Assembly (NCBI GenBank): GCA_964188305.1
Contig: OZ076886.1
Strand: one strand, 5' to 3'
DNA from: Podarcis bocagei
Lineage: Eukaryota
Length of the DNA stretch: 64,000 bases
A program made the position numbers and the translations under genes. Shown here piece by piece: positions 1 through 9,950 of this stretch (the first letter of the stretch is position 1; the number at the start of each line of letters is the position of its first letter). Under the pieces are notes generated by a model, which searched no databases, was not told the origin of the DNA, and worked only from the letters and a program-made list of their open reading frames with translations.

Positions 1-165
1 AATTCAAGCCCATTCCCTCTACAACTGGTATACCTAATGTAGTGAATTATTTGAGAGCTTGCTTTCCATGCAGGGCATTCCCAACAGAAGGCGAGTTGTG
101 GCTTTGCAAACCTTTACAACTCTTCACGCTCTTTATTCTGGAAAGTCTTGCTGTTAAAAACTCAC

Positions 166-402
166 CTGTTGAAGCTGCAGGTTCATCGGGGCTTCTCCCA
201 TAGTGTGCCATTAGCTTAAGTTTGGTCTCCTGCTTTTTGTGTTTCTTGCCCACGTAGTGTTGTTTTGCCATCAGGGGATTGTTGAATGTGGCATGACAGA
301 GACTGCAGAATTTGTCTGGGTCAGAAGTGTTTTGGTTCTCTTCATTAGAGGGCACAGTAGTGGGAGGCGGATTAGCTGGTTGTTTCTGAGCAGGTACAGC
401 TG
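166..402 (-). CDS. ZNF346: ZNF346 coding exon 5 (third matrin-type C2H2 finger); gene continues beyond the window start
   Basis: Acceptor ttttacag| at 404-403 and donor G|gtgag at 165. Phase 1-1, 237 nt. Encodes [79 protein letters not shown]. Confidence 0.93.
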
Positions 403-774
403 CTGTAAAATCACCCCCCCAAAAAAAAACATATGAAGAAAATCCAATCAGGAAAGTCTAAGGCACAATTTCATGTAATCAGAACAAGCACAATAATCTC
501 AATTGTGCCAAAACATCCCACTTAGAATAATTATTTTCTACATAAAATTTGGATGAGCTTACTGTGGGCATATACATAAATATCAGCTACCAAAACAGTG
601 ATCAAAAATAAAAAGAAAGATTTTGGTGTAAGGTTTGTTATGTCTATCTATCTTTGACCACCAGGGTCATCAAGAAAATTCATCACACCAGAATGCAAAT
701 TTTCAACTGGAAAACATGTTTTCTTGAACTCCCTCAGTGTCTGTCTCATTATCATATATGTGAAGCAGGGTTCA

Positions 775-1032
<258 letters not shown>

Positions 1033-1585
1033 TTACTGGGGCTGCAGAATGAAAGTTCATCAGCAAAGTGTTCCAAGTTCAGTAACTGGAATTTCTTTTG
1101 TCCAGATTCACCCTATCCTTTACGGAACACACTGAAAGAAGCTAGAGAAGACTATTAAAGCTATTCAAGACATGTTATGCAGCAAGATACAATTGCCATT
1201 CAGTTAGTAGTTTCTGTTACTACAAACAGAATTCTCAATAGTGTGCCAAGGCTGAATTCTACTTTTCAAATAAATTTAATATGAAAACGGCTTATTATAA
1301 GTAGAGCATATAACCATTTTATTCCCAATGGTTTTTGAATGAGTTATCTCCTTGCACTCAGCTTCTTCATTTTTCAGTGTACAGGTACATACAATTAGGT
1401 GGGCAAAGTTTAAATGTGCATTTGCCCAAGCAGAATAATGCATAGATTGTTCTTGCAAACAGTGCCTGATCTTCAAAATCCTCACTGGTGCATTATTCCA
1501 CAATCCAAGAAACGCTATTTGCCAAACTTTCTAGTGCATTAAATTCTTTTACTTGTCCTTGGATTTCTGGCCTGACTGGCATTAC

Positions 1586-1681
1586 CTGCTTTGTATCCAG
1601 CTTTATTTTCTTGCTTGAGCAGACCTCCTCTTCACCATGGATAGCCATGTATCGACGAACTTTGTTGGCATGTTTCTTACT
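1586..1681 (-). CDS. ZNF346: ZNF346 coding exon 3 (end of finger 1 and linker)
   Basis: Acceptor tttccttcag| and donor CAG|gtaatg. 96 nt, phase 0-0. Encodes [32 protein letters not shown]. Confidence 0.95.
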
Positions 1682-1775
1682 CTGAAGGAAACAGTATAGA
1701 AGAGCAACATAACCATCTCAGGAATCCCACACACTCTGGGCAAATTTCAGTAACTGCCTGTAGATTTAAGCATAC

Positions 1776-1879
1776 CTGATAATGAGCGAGCTTCTGTGAC
1801 TCGGAGATGAGCACTGCACTACACACTTTACAATGGGCATCTGTGAAGATGTGGCTGTTCTCTTTGATCATACGATCCA
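1776..1879 (-). CDS. ZNF346: ZNF346 coding exon 2 (first zinc finger)
   Basis: Acceptor ctttttacag| and donor CAG|gtatgc. 104 nt, phase 1-0. Encodes (V)[34 protein letters not shown]; the [12 protein letters not shown] block is diagnostic of ZNF346/JAZ. Confidence 0.96.
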
Positions 1880-2917
1880 CTGTAAAAAGCAAGCACACCA
1901 ATATTCAAAACAAAACAAAACAAAACCAGGAAACTTTGCCAAGGACCCAGCTATCACCTCTTAGGGGTTTTGCCAGCATCACACAAATGTTCGCACCAAC
2001 ATTGAACACTGGTTAAATAAAGGTCTTGTGGCAGACAATGACAATTCTAATTCCCCAGTCGGGGAGACATAATTTAAAACATGTAAATACATTAAGGCAG
2101 GGTTTTTTTCTTATCCCACATTCAAAGAAGGGTGAAAATGCACATGAGGTGGGAATCATCTAGTAATAACACAGCAAAGAATGAGATGTCTACTATTTCT
2201 TTGATATGCTGCATAGCATACTTTCCATCAGGGATGAAGTATAGGATTGAGCGATTTCCACACTGCTACATAAAGGACAGGCTAACAATGAGGAATCATG
2301 CAAAGGTAGAAGTAACTCTACTGTTAAGTGACATGCCAGGAGTCCACTGCAGAATAAAACCATTTCCAACAACTGCAATTAATGATTTACCATGTAAATA
2401 ATGTCGTTTAAGTCAGCACAGAACACTGCACAGAAAGGCTCGATATTTCTTCCTACCATTGATCCATGCCCAATTTTAAGTACAATGCCAATGCTTTCAT
2501 TAGTCTTCAGCTAAACAGTCAATTGGCTAATGGGTCTTTCAGTTAGAGACACACAGAATGCCTGGAATTGTTTTCCATTTCCAAAGTTGCAATGCTTAGT
2601 GCCTCAACAGTGTCAAGATGATAAGTACCACTTTGTGGTCAGAAGTTTGGTCACTTTGGTGTGCATGTATGCAGGTCTCTTAGGCAATGATCTTACAAGC
2701 AAGAAGTTGCTATTTACACACTGAGTAAGAGGCAGACTGGAAATATACAAAAGTGAGGGTAGAAAACCGTCACAGCTGTGATTGATTTGTAATTGTCTTC
2801 AAAACACATCCCTTACATTCACTTTACAAACTCCTCAAAATCATTATATTGACATGACAAAGTGCATTTCAAATACTGCCATTAGGCACATCAGGGGAAG
2901 GAGATCTATTTTTGTTT

Positions 2918-3610
2918 TAATGACCCAGTACAGCTTAGTATCATCAGCAAACCTGGCAACCCCACTGCTCACTCTTAACTCTATAGATTGTTTATTAACA
3001 AGTTAAAAAGCACAAGTCCCAATACTGAACCTTGTAGGACTCCAGTTTCTACATCTCTCCATTTGGAGAGCTGTCCATTTATTCCTACTCTTTGCTTCCT
3101 GCAACATAACCAATTCCTGATCCACTAGAGGAGCTATCCTCTTATTCCTTGACTTATGCAGGACTCTTTGATGGATTTGAAAATCCAAGTATACTATGTT
3201 AACTGGATCATCTCTATCCATATGCTTGCTGACACTCTCAAAGAACTCTAATAGGTTTGTGAGACAGGCCTTGCCCTTGTAGAAGCCATGCTGGCTCTGC
3301 TTCAGTAAGGCTTGCTCTTCTATATGCTTGGTTATTGAAGCAAGTTTCCCCAGTACAGACATTAAGCTAACTGCTCTGTAATTTCCCAGATTCTCCCCTC
3401 ACGGGTTCCTTTTTCAAAATTGTTGTTACATTGGCTACTTTCCAGTCCTTGGGTGGGAAGGACAAGCTGCATATTTTTGTTAGAAGATCAGCAACTTCAC
3501 ATATGAGTTCTTTGAGAACTCTCAGGTGGCTGCCATCTGGACCTGGCAATTCGTCAGTTCTTATTTTGTCTATTAGGCCTCTCATCACTACTATCTGCCT
3601 CATCTATACA
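2918..3610 (-). mobile_element. CR1 LINE ORF2 (reverse transcriptase) fragment, degraded
   Basis: Minus-strand ORF pieces PGPDGSHLRVLKEL..DWKVANVTTILKK and SQHGFYKGKACLTNLLEFFESV..DPVNIVYLDFQ are typical CR1 RT motifs, with frameshifts. Ends approximate. Confidence 0.9.
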
Positions 3611-3902
3611 TCCCAGATAAAAACACTCAATCATATATCCTCAATGATTTCCAGCCCATTCTGCATAATCATAGAGGCTGCAGCAGAGGGAGAGAAGGGA
3701 AGAATAACTATTTTACCAACTCTGCTGAGAGATCAGCTCCTTTTGTGTCTTTTAGATTGTAACTCTGAAGGCAAATACATTTTTTTTAAAAAAATACTAA
3801 TTTAGAAGTTACTTTGGGACTCTGTTTGGCTGAAGTATGTGGTGAAAATGCTTTCAATTACTAAAAAAGAAAAAAAAGAAAGGGAAAACTTGGTATCAAA
3901 TA

Positions 3903-4309
3903 CCGTATTTTTTGCACCATAGGGCGTACCGGACCATAGGGCGCACTTAGTTTTTAGACGGGGAAATCAATTAAAAAAACCTTTCCCCCCCCAGCCCCAA
4001 AAAGCAGCGTACAGGCTGCGCACAACCTCTCCCTGCCGGAGGGGTTGCGCGCGGCTATGGAACAAGCCAAGGCAGCGAGCGGGATGGATCCCGCTGGCTG
4101 CTTTGGCTTGTTCCATAGCCCCGCGTAATCCCTCCCTGCCGGGAGAGGCTGTGCAGGGCTAAAGAAGCCATAGCCCCGTGCAGCCTCTCCATGCCGGAGG
4201 GGTTGCGTGCGGCTATGGCACAAGCCTGCATTCGCTCCATAGGACGCACACACATTTCCCCTCAATTTTTGGAGGGGAAAAACTGCGTCCAATGGAGCAA
4301 AAAATACGG
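3903..4309. mobile_element. Tc1/mariner-superfamily (Tc2-like) MITE
   Basis: TIRs CCGTATTTTTTGCACCAT...ATGGAGCAAAAAATACGG flanked by TA at 3901-3902 and 4310-4311. CpG-rich interior with internal direct and inverted repeats. Confidence 0.88.
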
Positions 4310-4800
4310 TAGGCTATCCTTAGGAAGGTTAGTGACAGAAGACTTGTGGCACCTTTGCTGAATCCACAAGTGCATTTAATCTCATTATCATTATTTGCAT
4401 AGCATATACAGAACTTGAGTAAGTTTATTCCACTACCACCCCATCTCACACAGAAGTATACAACTCTTACGTCTTGAGGAACCAAGTAAAAAAAAATTAC
4501 TACTAAATTAAGGTCATTTCGAAAATAACGCTGTCTAAACTCACATATTTTATATAATCTAGGTTAATATCATTCCAACAAGCAGTTAGTCATGCTTTTA
4601 TCTTGAATTTACGTTGTAAGAAATACCTTACTTGCAGAGGCAGTCAAAAGTTAGAGTTGATTTAATAAAACAGACAACTTGTAATAGTTGACTTTCAGCA
4701 CACTATCTAGCATTACTTAAATATCCAATATTACTCTCGAAATAAAAAAAAAAAAATTGTCCAGTAGCACCTTAGAGACCAACTAAGTTTGTTCTGGGTA

Positions 4801-5018
4801 CAGTGGTACCTCGGGTTAAGTACTTAATTCATTCCGGAGGTCTGTTCTTAACCTGAAACTGTTCTTAACCTGAAGCACCACTTTAGCTAATGGGGCCTCC
4901 CGCTGCCGCCAGAGCACGATTTCTGTTCTCATCCTGAAGCAAAGTTCTTAACCCAAGGTACTATTTCTGGGTTAGCGGAGTCTGTAACCTGAAGCGTATG
5001 TAACCTGAGGTACCAGTG
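4801..5018. mobile_element. pogo/Tigger-like MITE inserted into the Penelope pseudo-LTR
   Basis: TA|CAGTGGTACCTC...GAGGTACCAGTG|TA. Same family as 27061-27286, in the opposite orientation. Confidence 0.9.
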
Positions 5019-5059
5019 TATAAGCTTTCATGTGCATGCATACTTCTTCAGATACACTG
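5014..5059 (-). ncRNA. Minimal type I hammerhead ribozyme motif (Penelope-derived), copy A
   Basis: Minus strand cagtgtat-CUGAAGA-A-gtatgcatgcacat-GAAA-GC-UU-atacactg. Core boxes are intact, stem III is the palindrome AGCU, and stem II has mismatches. Confidence 0.65.
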
Positions 5060-5228
5060 AAACAGAAGTCACCAGACCCTTATATATAGTGGGAGGGTGG
5101 GGTGGGGTTTTTCTCAGAAGGGTTGCAGGAGATGGGTGATTGACTCAATGGGTATGGTAAACCTGTTGACGACTAGTTACAGGTAGGTGTTGGTCTGCCA
5201 ACTTAGAGGCCAACTAAGTTTGTTATTG

Positions 5229-5266
5229 GTATGAGCTTTCATGTGCATGCACACTTCTTCAGATAC
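5229..5266 (-). ncRNA. Minimal type I hammerhead ribozyme motif (Penelope-derived), copy B
   Basis: Minus strand gtat-CUGAAGA-A-gtgtgcatgcacat-GAAA-GC-UC-atac. Core is intact; the stem II closing pair is G-U (likely CpG decay). Confidence 0.72.
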
Positions 5267-5889
5267 ACTGAAACAGAAGTTTACAACTGTTAACGACTGC
5301 AATTAGTCCTACAGGAAAAAGCAAGGGATAGTATGCAGATGACCAAAAATAGCTTTAGAATGTGTGATGAGACAAGAATCCAATATCTCTATTCAGACCA
5401 GGTCTCTCCATAGTTTTCAGTTTAGTAGTAAGTTGTAATTCAGTTTAGTAATGATTAAATATGACAATTGCTAACAGCACAAAGTATTTTCTGCAGCCTA
5501 GTGACATACAGTGGCTTAACAAGAAACATCAAACTTTAAACAGAACTGTACTCACTACACATTTCTACCAAAAGGTTCACAACTGGACATGGTAACAACA
5601 GAACAAAGTTAAGGGGGGGGAGAGCTTTGAGTACATTATAAACAGTAGTTTTCCTGTAACAGCTGGGCAGAGACTCCTGTTTCACCTTTTCTACAGTAAA
5701 CAAAATGCTTCTAAAAATTTTAGCAATTGTGAATGAGAGTAAGACTGCTGTCCTAAGACCACCATATTGCATTAAATATATATTTGTACAGCTATTTCGA
5801 AAGAAGCTGAATGGGGGCAGGGGGAATGCTCCAGTGAGACTTGCATTTAAGGAATTGGGTCTATAAAAATACAAAATCAGCATCAAAAG

Positions 5890-6019
5890 CAGGGATAGGG
5901 AACCTGTGGCCTTCATGATGTTGTTGGATTCCAGCTCCCATTATACCTGAACATTGGCCAAGTTGACTGGGGCTGATGGAAGTTGGAACATTTGGAAGGC
6001 CAAAGATTTTTGAGTCCTG
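5890..6019. mobile_element. Degenerate palindromic hAT-type MITE
   Basis: cagggatagggaacctgtggcc...cagctccca..tgatggaagttg...cctg resembles the MITEs at 14147, 46663 and 50027. Confidence 0.55.
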
Positions 6020-6673
6020 TCCAAGGCAGTACAGTATAACATAACAGAATAAAGTTTGCAAGCTGAATATTTGCACTGTCCATAATCTGGCAAACCTACA
6101 TGTCACTGAAAGACAATGATTCAGAAAGCACAGGGTTAGGATTTCAGTGATTAAGGGATGAGGAAACACACCCAACCCACATGTTTATCATCCCCATTCC
6201 ATATCATTCCCCCCCCCATTCTCATGCCTTCCTGTTATTTCATCAACATTTTCAATTTCTTGCAAATTGTCTAACTTTACTGTGACCACAGAACACGTAT
6301 TACACAGGTTGCAGACCAGTAGACAGTAATGCTGCAGTAAATCAAGAGTTCTCTGCAGTACTCTCGGTACTCACTCATCCTAGGTTCATCCACCCTCACC
6401 CACATCCCAACAAGAACATTTTGCTGCTGTTCATAAATTTTATTGTTCTGAACGGGAACTGCATGCACATCAATAACTGAAATGTATTGCACAGAACTTG
6501 GACACTGTAAAGTTTGTTGTTTCTTTAAGACACCACTCTGGAAGTTTAAGGAAGAAAGGAGAGTATGTATTTTCAACCCATTAGGAGGATAGAAATCTAA
6601 TCCCGTTCGTAAAAAAACAAGCCAAGGGAATTTAGGAAATCACACAGCCACACATTCACAAACCACAAACCAA

Positions 6674-6712
6674 ACTCTCGAAATAAAAATAAAAAAATTG
6701 TCCAGTAGCACC
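6674..6712 (-). repeat. Short Penelope pseudo-LTR terminal fragment
   Basis: actctcgaaataaaaa.aaaaaaattgtccagtagcacc is a near-exact copy of 4733-4771. Confidence 0.75.
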
Positions 6713-7317
6713 GTAGGGGGAGAGCTGCATATGTTCCATAATCTGTGAATGATACACTGTCCCATAAAGCAGACACGAAAGTTCACTTCCCTCATCACAC
6801 AGAAGAGCAAGGAACAAATGGCATGTAACGGGGCAGAGAAGCCAGATCTAAAGCCACTCCACTAGCAGGGGGAGGACGACACATTCTTCTACGCCCGCTC
6901 AATAAGCACTGAAGCCTTGAGGCAGCTGAAGTGATGGCTAGACCTGAATGTGTAAGATGCAAGCTTTTGTGGGACCTAGCCTACAAAATCTTACATTTTG
7001 TGAGTGTGTGTATATTAAAAACCAGGATCGATGGGAATTGGAAGCTTCAGGCTGCGAAACAAGCAGCGGAGGACTTCTTGGAGGTGGCGGAAAGAACGCA
7101 GCGTTAAAGGGACGCTCGCTCCGCCTCCGTGGGTCAAAAGAATCGGTAGCCACTGGCAGCCACACGCGGGTCGAAGTGGGGAGAAGAGAGGCCAACAGGC
7201 CCCACCCACCACGCTCCTGATGAAGCGCAGTAAAGCAGAGCCGGGCGGGGCAGAGTAAGGAGGAGGCAAACCCCCGCCTCCCTCAGAAGGAAGATGACAG
7301 AAGCGCCCCCGCCTCAC

Positions 7318-7378
7318 CTGCCTCCTTCCCCACCGGTAAGGCTGAAGCGTCCCCGTTGCTATCCGCTTCGTCCGCCAT
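7318..7378 (-). CDS. ZNF346: ZNF346 coding exon 1
   Basis: Strong start context aagATGG. Encodes MADEADSNGDASALPVGKEA plus 1 nt, with donor G|gtgagg. Phase 1 joins exon 2 (G+TG=V). PVGKEAV resembles the PVGREEV of human ZNF346 as recalled. Too short for the ORF track. Confidence 0.92.
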
Positions 7379-8269
7379 CTTATCCCCGCGTCGCCGCCCC
7401 CGAGGTACCCGCCTTCCCCCGGACGTCTCGTGGATCCCGCGAGATGCGCCTCTCTCCAAGACACGTATCGCGAGACCTCTCCCCCCCTCCCACCGCGCAG
7501 CCCGGGAACCGAAAAGATCGGGAACCGCGAGGAGAATCGAACGCCCTCGCGATATTTGGTTTGCACGTGATCGAAGCCGCCTCTCCCTGGGCGTCCATTT
7601 CTCTTGAGGGCACTGGGAGGGCCGAGCGGGAAGCAGTTGCTATGGGGATGGAACCTGGCTGCATGGCCGCTGTCGTGAGGAGGCGCCGACCTGCACGCAC
7701 CCCCCACTCCAAAAACCCCCAAAACGCCTCCAACTGCTGTGTGTGTGTGTGCCCACTCATTTCTATGATGTCTCATTCACACACCTCATTTCTGTGCACA
7801 AGAGAGTAGCAGCTCTGTTAAAACCACACACCCCTCTCTTGGGGAACATGGCAGGCTGCTAATAATTACGCTACGGCCTAATTAGGCTGCAGGACATGCG
7901 TGTTCTTAAATGGAGAGCCCCCTCGCGGAAAACCCGATTTCAATCCGGTTGGCGGGAAACAAAAGGCAGAGCCCCCAGAGAGTGACTGGAAAGGCCGCGC
8001 GTGCAGCAAACCACAGCTGAGAGTCGAGTGAAGTGACTCCTAGAAGAAGCCGAAAGGACTTCTGTGTCGGCTGGCAGCGCTGATGCTAGCCAGGACCGGG
8101 GAGAAGTAGACAGGGCTGCCCGCCTGCTTGTCCAATGCTGAGCCGCCTTCACCCAGGATGACACCGAAGGACCGGGCTGTGGGACGGCGCGAGAAGAACG
8201 GCTCCCGTGACCCCCGCAAGCCCCGCCCTTCCCCTCAAGCGAGGCCGCCGACTATTTCCATTTTAGCTC

Positions 8270-8435
8270 CGGGAAGTGAAGTTGCTGGCGCCAGCTTGAG
8301 TGCGGGCAAAATATCCGCTGCCGAGCCGCCGTCACTCCCAGCAAGGGGCAGCGGAGCCGCCGACTTGCCTCCGCCGCTGAGCTGGTGGGAGGGGAAGGCG
8401 GGGTAGTGGCCCGGTTTGGGGAGGAGCCGGCCCCG
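8270..8435 (+). other. UIMC1: Probable non-coding first exon of UIMC1 (5' end approximate)
   Basis: Lies in the CpG island just downstream of the GC-box and ETS motif, and ends at a consensus donor CCG|gtgagt (GT at 8436-8437). The first coding exon has an acceptor only 8 nt before its ATG, so an upstream exon is required. Confidence 0.65.
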
Positions 8436-9342
8436 GTGAGTAGCCTTGTCCGCCTGCCCGCCTCCCTTCCTCCGTGGGGCCCGTAGGACCTTTTCCATGC
8501 TTCCCCTGTGGGGGCTCTTCACTCCCTCTCCCCCCCCCCCCATTACAGGGTCGCCCCATGGGTCTAGCAGCCTCTTTGCAGGGAGTCTTGGTGGTTGGGT
8601 GGCGCTTCGTTGCAGCAACCTTAGTGGTCTAAACCCACCCCGTCCGTCTAAAATAGGGGAGGATTCAGTAGGACCTGGGATGGCCTGTCCTTCCACTTTT
8701 TAAACAGCCGTTTAATATGCAGAAATCGTCATGGGACGCTTTTCATGGCCTGGAGATACCTACCAAGCTGGCAGAGCTTCAGGAGCCCTTTCAAAAGTTT
8801 GCAACCTTAGAGTCAAATCTGACAAAAAGTTCGTTCTCTCTACAAAGGCCCTGCCTCTCCACAGGAGGCCTGCCTGCTCTCATTATCTTTTGCAAGTTTT
8901 TTAATGTGTCTGTTTTCAGTTTTCTTCTTCTCTGTTTAGCTTATGCACTCCTCTAGAAGTACCTTCTGCCTCAGGTTCTTGATCTTGGAGGATGCAGAAC
9001 TTTTAAAAATATTTCTTATGCCCGCTGCCTTGCAGATTGGTTGTGTTTGTACTTGATAACTGAGCATTCCTCAGAAGAGACTGTATAAAAAGAGCCCACA
9101 AACGGGGACAGGAGTGCTTAGCAGGATTTTTACTTTTTATTTTATTTTTGCAATATTTTGGAAGTCACTGTTGATAGTTATCTTTATTCAAGCTACGATA
9201 TATATTTCATAGAAATAGCATTTTCAGCTCTTGCTACCTCCATCCCTACTTTAGTGTCTCCTACAGTTTTGAGTGTTGTGTGGTCACATGATCACAGTGC
9301 CATAATTCTCCTAGGTTGAGTGCTCTCTCAGATGCAGTAAAG

Positions 9343-9950
9343 TTGAGACAATACTGCTGGTACGCCAGCTGAGACCTGTCTGTGCGTTGTGTGGCCAGGT
9401 TGGTACATGCTCGGTTAACTCCCACTTGGACTACTGCAATGCGCTCAGTGTGACTCGGAAACTGCAACTAATCCAGAATGGAGCAGGTAGACTGGTGACT
9501 GGGAACAGCTGCCAGCACCATATAACCCCATTCCTAAAAGAAGTGTGTTGGCTCCCAGTATGTTTCTGAGCCAAATTCAAAGTGTTGGTGCTGACCTTTA
9601 AATCCCTGTATGGCTTTGGCCCTGTATGCTTGAAAGAGCATATCCACCACCATCTTCCAGCCCGGACACTGAGATCCAGCTCTGAGGGCCTTCTGGTGGT
9701 TCTCTCATTGCGAGAGGTGAGGTTACAGGGAACCGAGCAGAGGGCCTTTTCAGTAGTTGTGCCCGCTCTGTGGAATGTCCTCCCAACAGATGTCAAACAG
9801 CTATGTGATTTTTAAAAGACATCTGAAGGCAGCCCTGTTCAGGGAAATTTTTGTGTGTGATGTTGTATTGTGCTTTTACTATTTTTTTGTTGGGAGCCAC
9901 CCACAGTGCCTGGGGCAACCCAGTCAGATGGGCAGCATATAAATTATAAA
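9343..9950 (+). mobile_element. L2-clade LINE 3' fragment
   Basis: HLDYCNAL..RKLQLIQNGAGRLVTG...HHITPFLKEVCWLPV..KFKVLVLTFKSLYG..RTLRSS..RAFSVVVPALWN, followed by an L2-type tail ending gggcagcatataaat. Confidence 0.9.

Larger units (their letters stand above)
4733..5443 (-). mobile_element. Penelope-like element 3' end (C-terminus of GIY-YIG ORF plus tandem pseudo-LTRs)
   Basis: Minus strand 5441-5355 reads ELQLTTKLKTMERPGLNRDIGFLSHHTF*, matching the PLE endonuclease C-terminal GLN motif. It is followed by two copies of the unit ...ctgaagaagtgtgcatgcacatgaaagc..atac..aacaaacttagttgg.ctctaag. Confidence 0.82.
7040..8650. promoter_or_regulatory. CpG island / bidirectional promoter of ZNF346 (-) and UIMC1 (+)
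   Basis: Abrupt rise in GC and CpG content. Motifs seen: CGCGA-core palindromes (7435-7444, 7466-7475, 7545-7554), E-box CACGTG (7564-7569), E2F TTGGCGGGAAA (7949-7959), GC-box CCCCGCCC (8221-8228), ETS-like CCGGGAAGTG (8269-8278), and YY1-like AAGATGGCGG over the ZNF346 start codon. Confidence 0.88.

Noticed and set aside
8235-8261. Minus-strand ATG (MEIVGGLA*) as the ZNF346 start
   Set aside because: It stops after 8 codons and has no donor. The ATG at 7378 gives the correct phase and a recognisable N-terminus.
8387-8424. G-quadruplex in the UIMC1 5' UTR
   Set aside because: Four G-runs are present, but one loop is long and such runs are common in CpG islands; there is no specific support.
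6938-8703. Many long overlapping ORFs (up to 253 aa) on both strands
   Set aside because: Expected by-product of a GC-rich CpG island with few stop codons. The products are low-complexity R/P/G with no domain. The real coding piece is the 61-nt exon 7318-7378.
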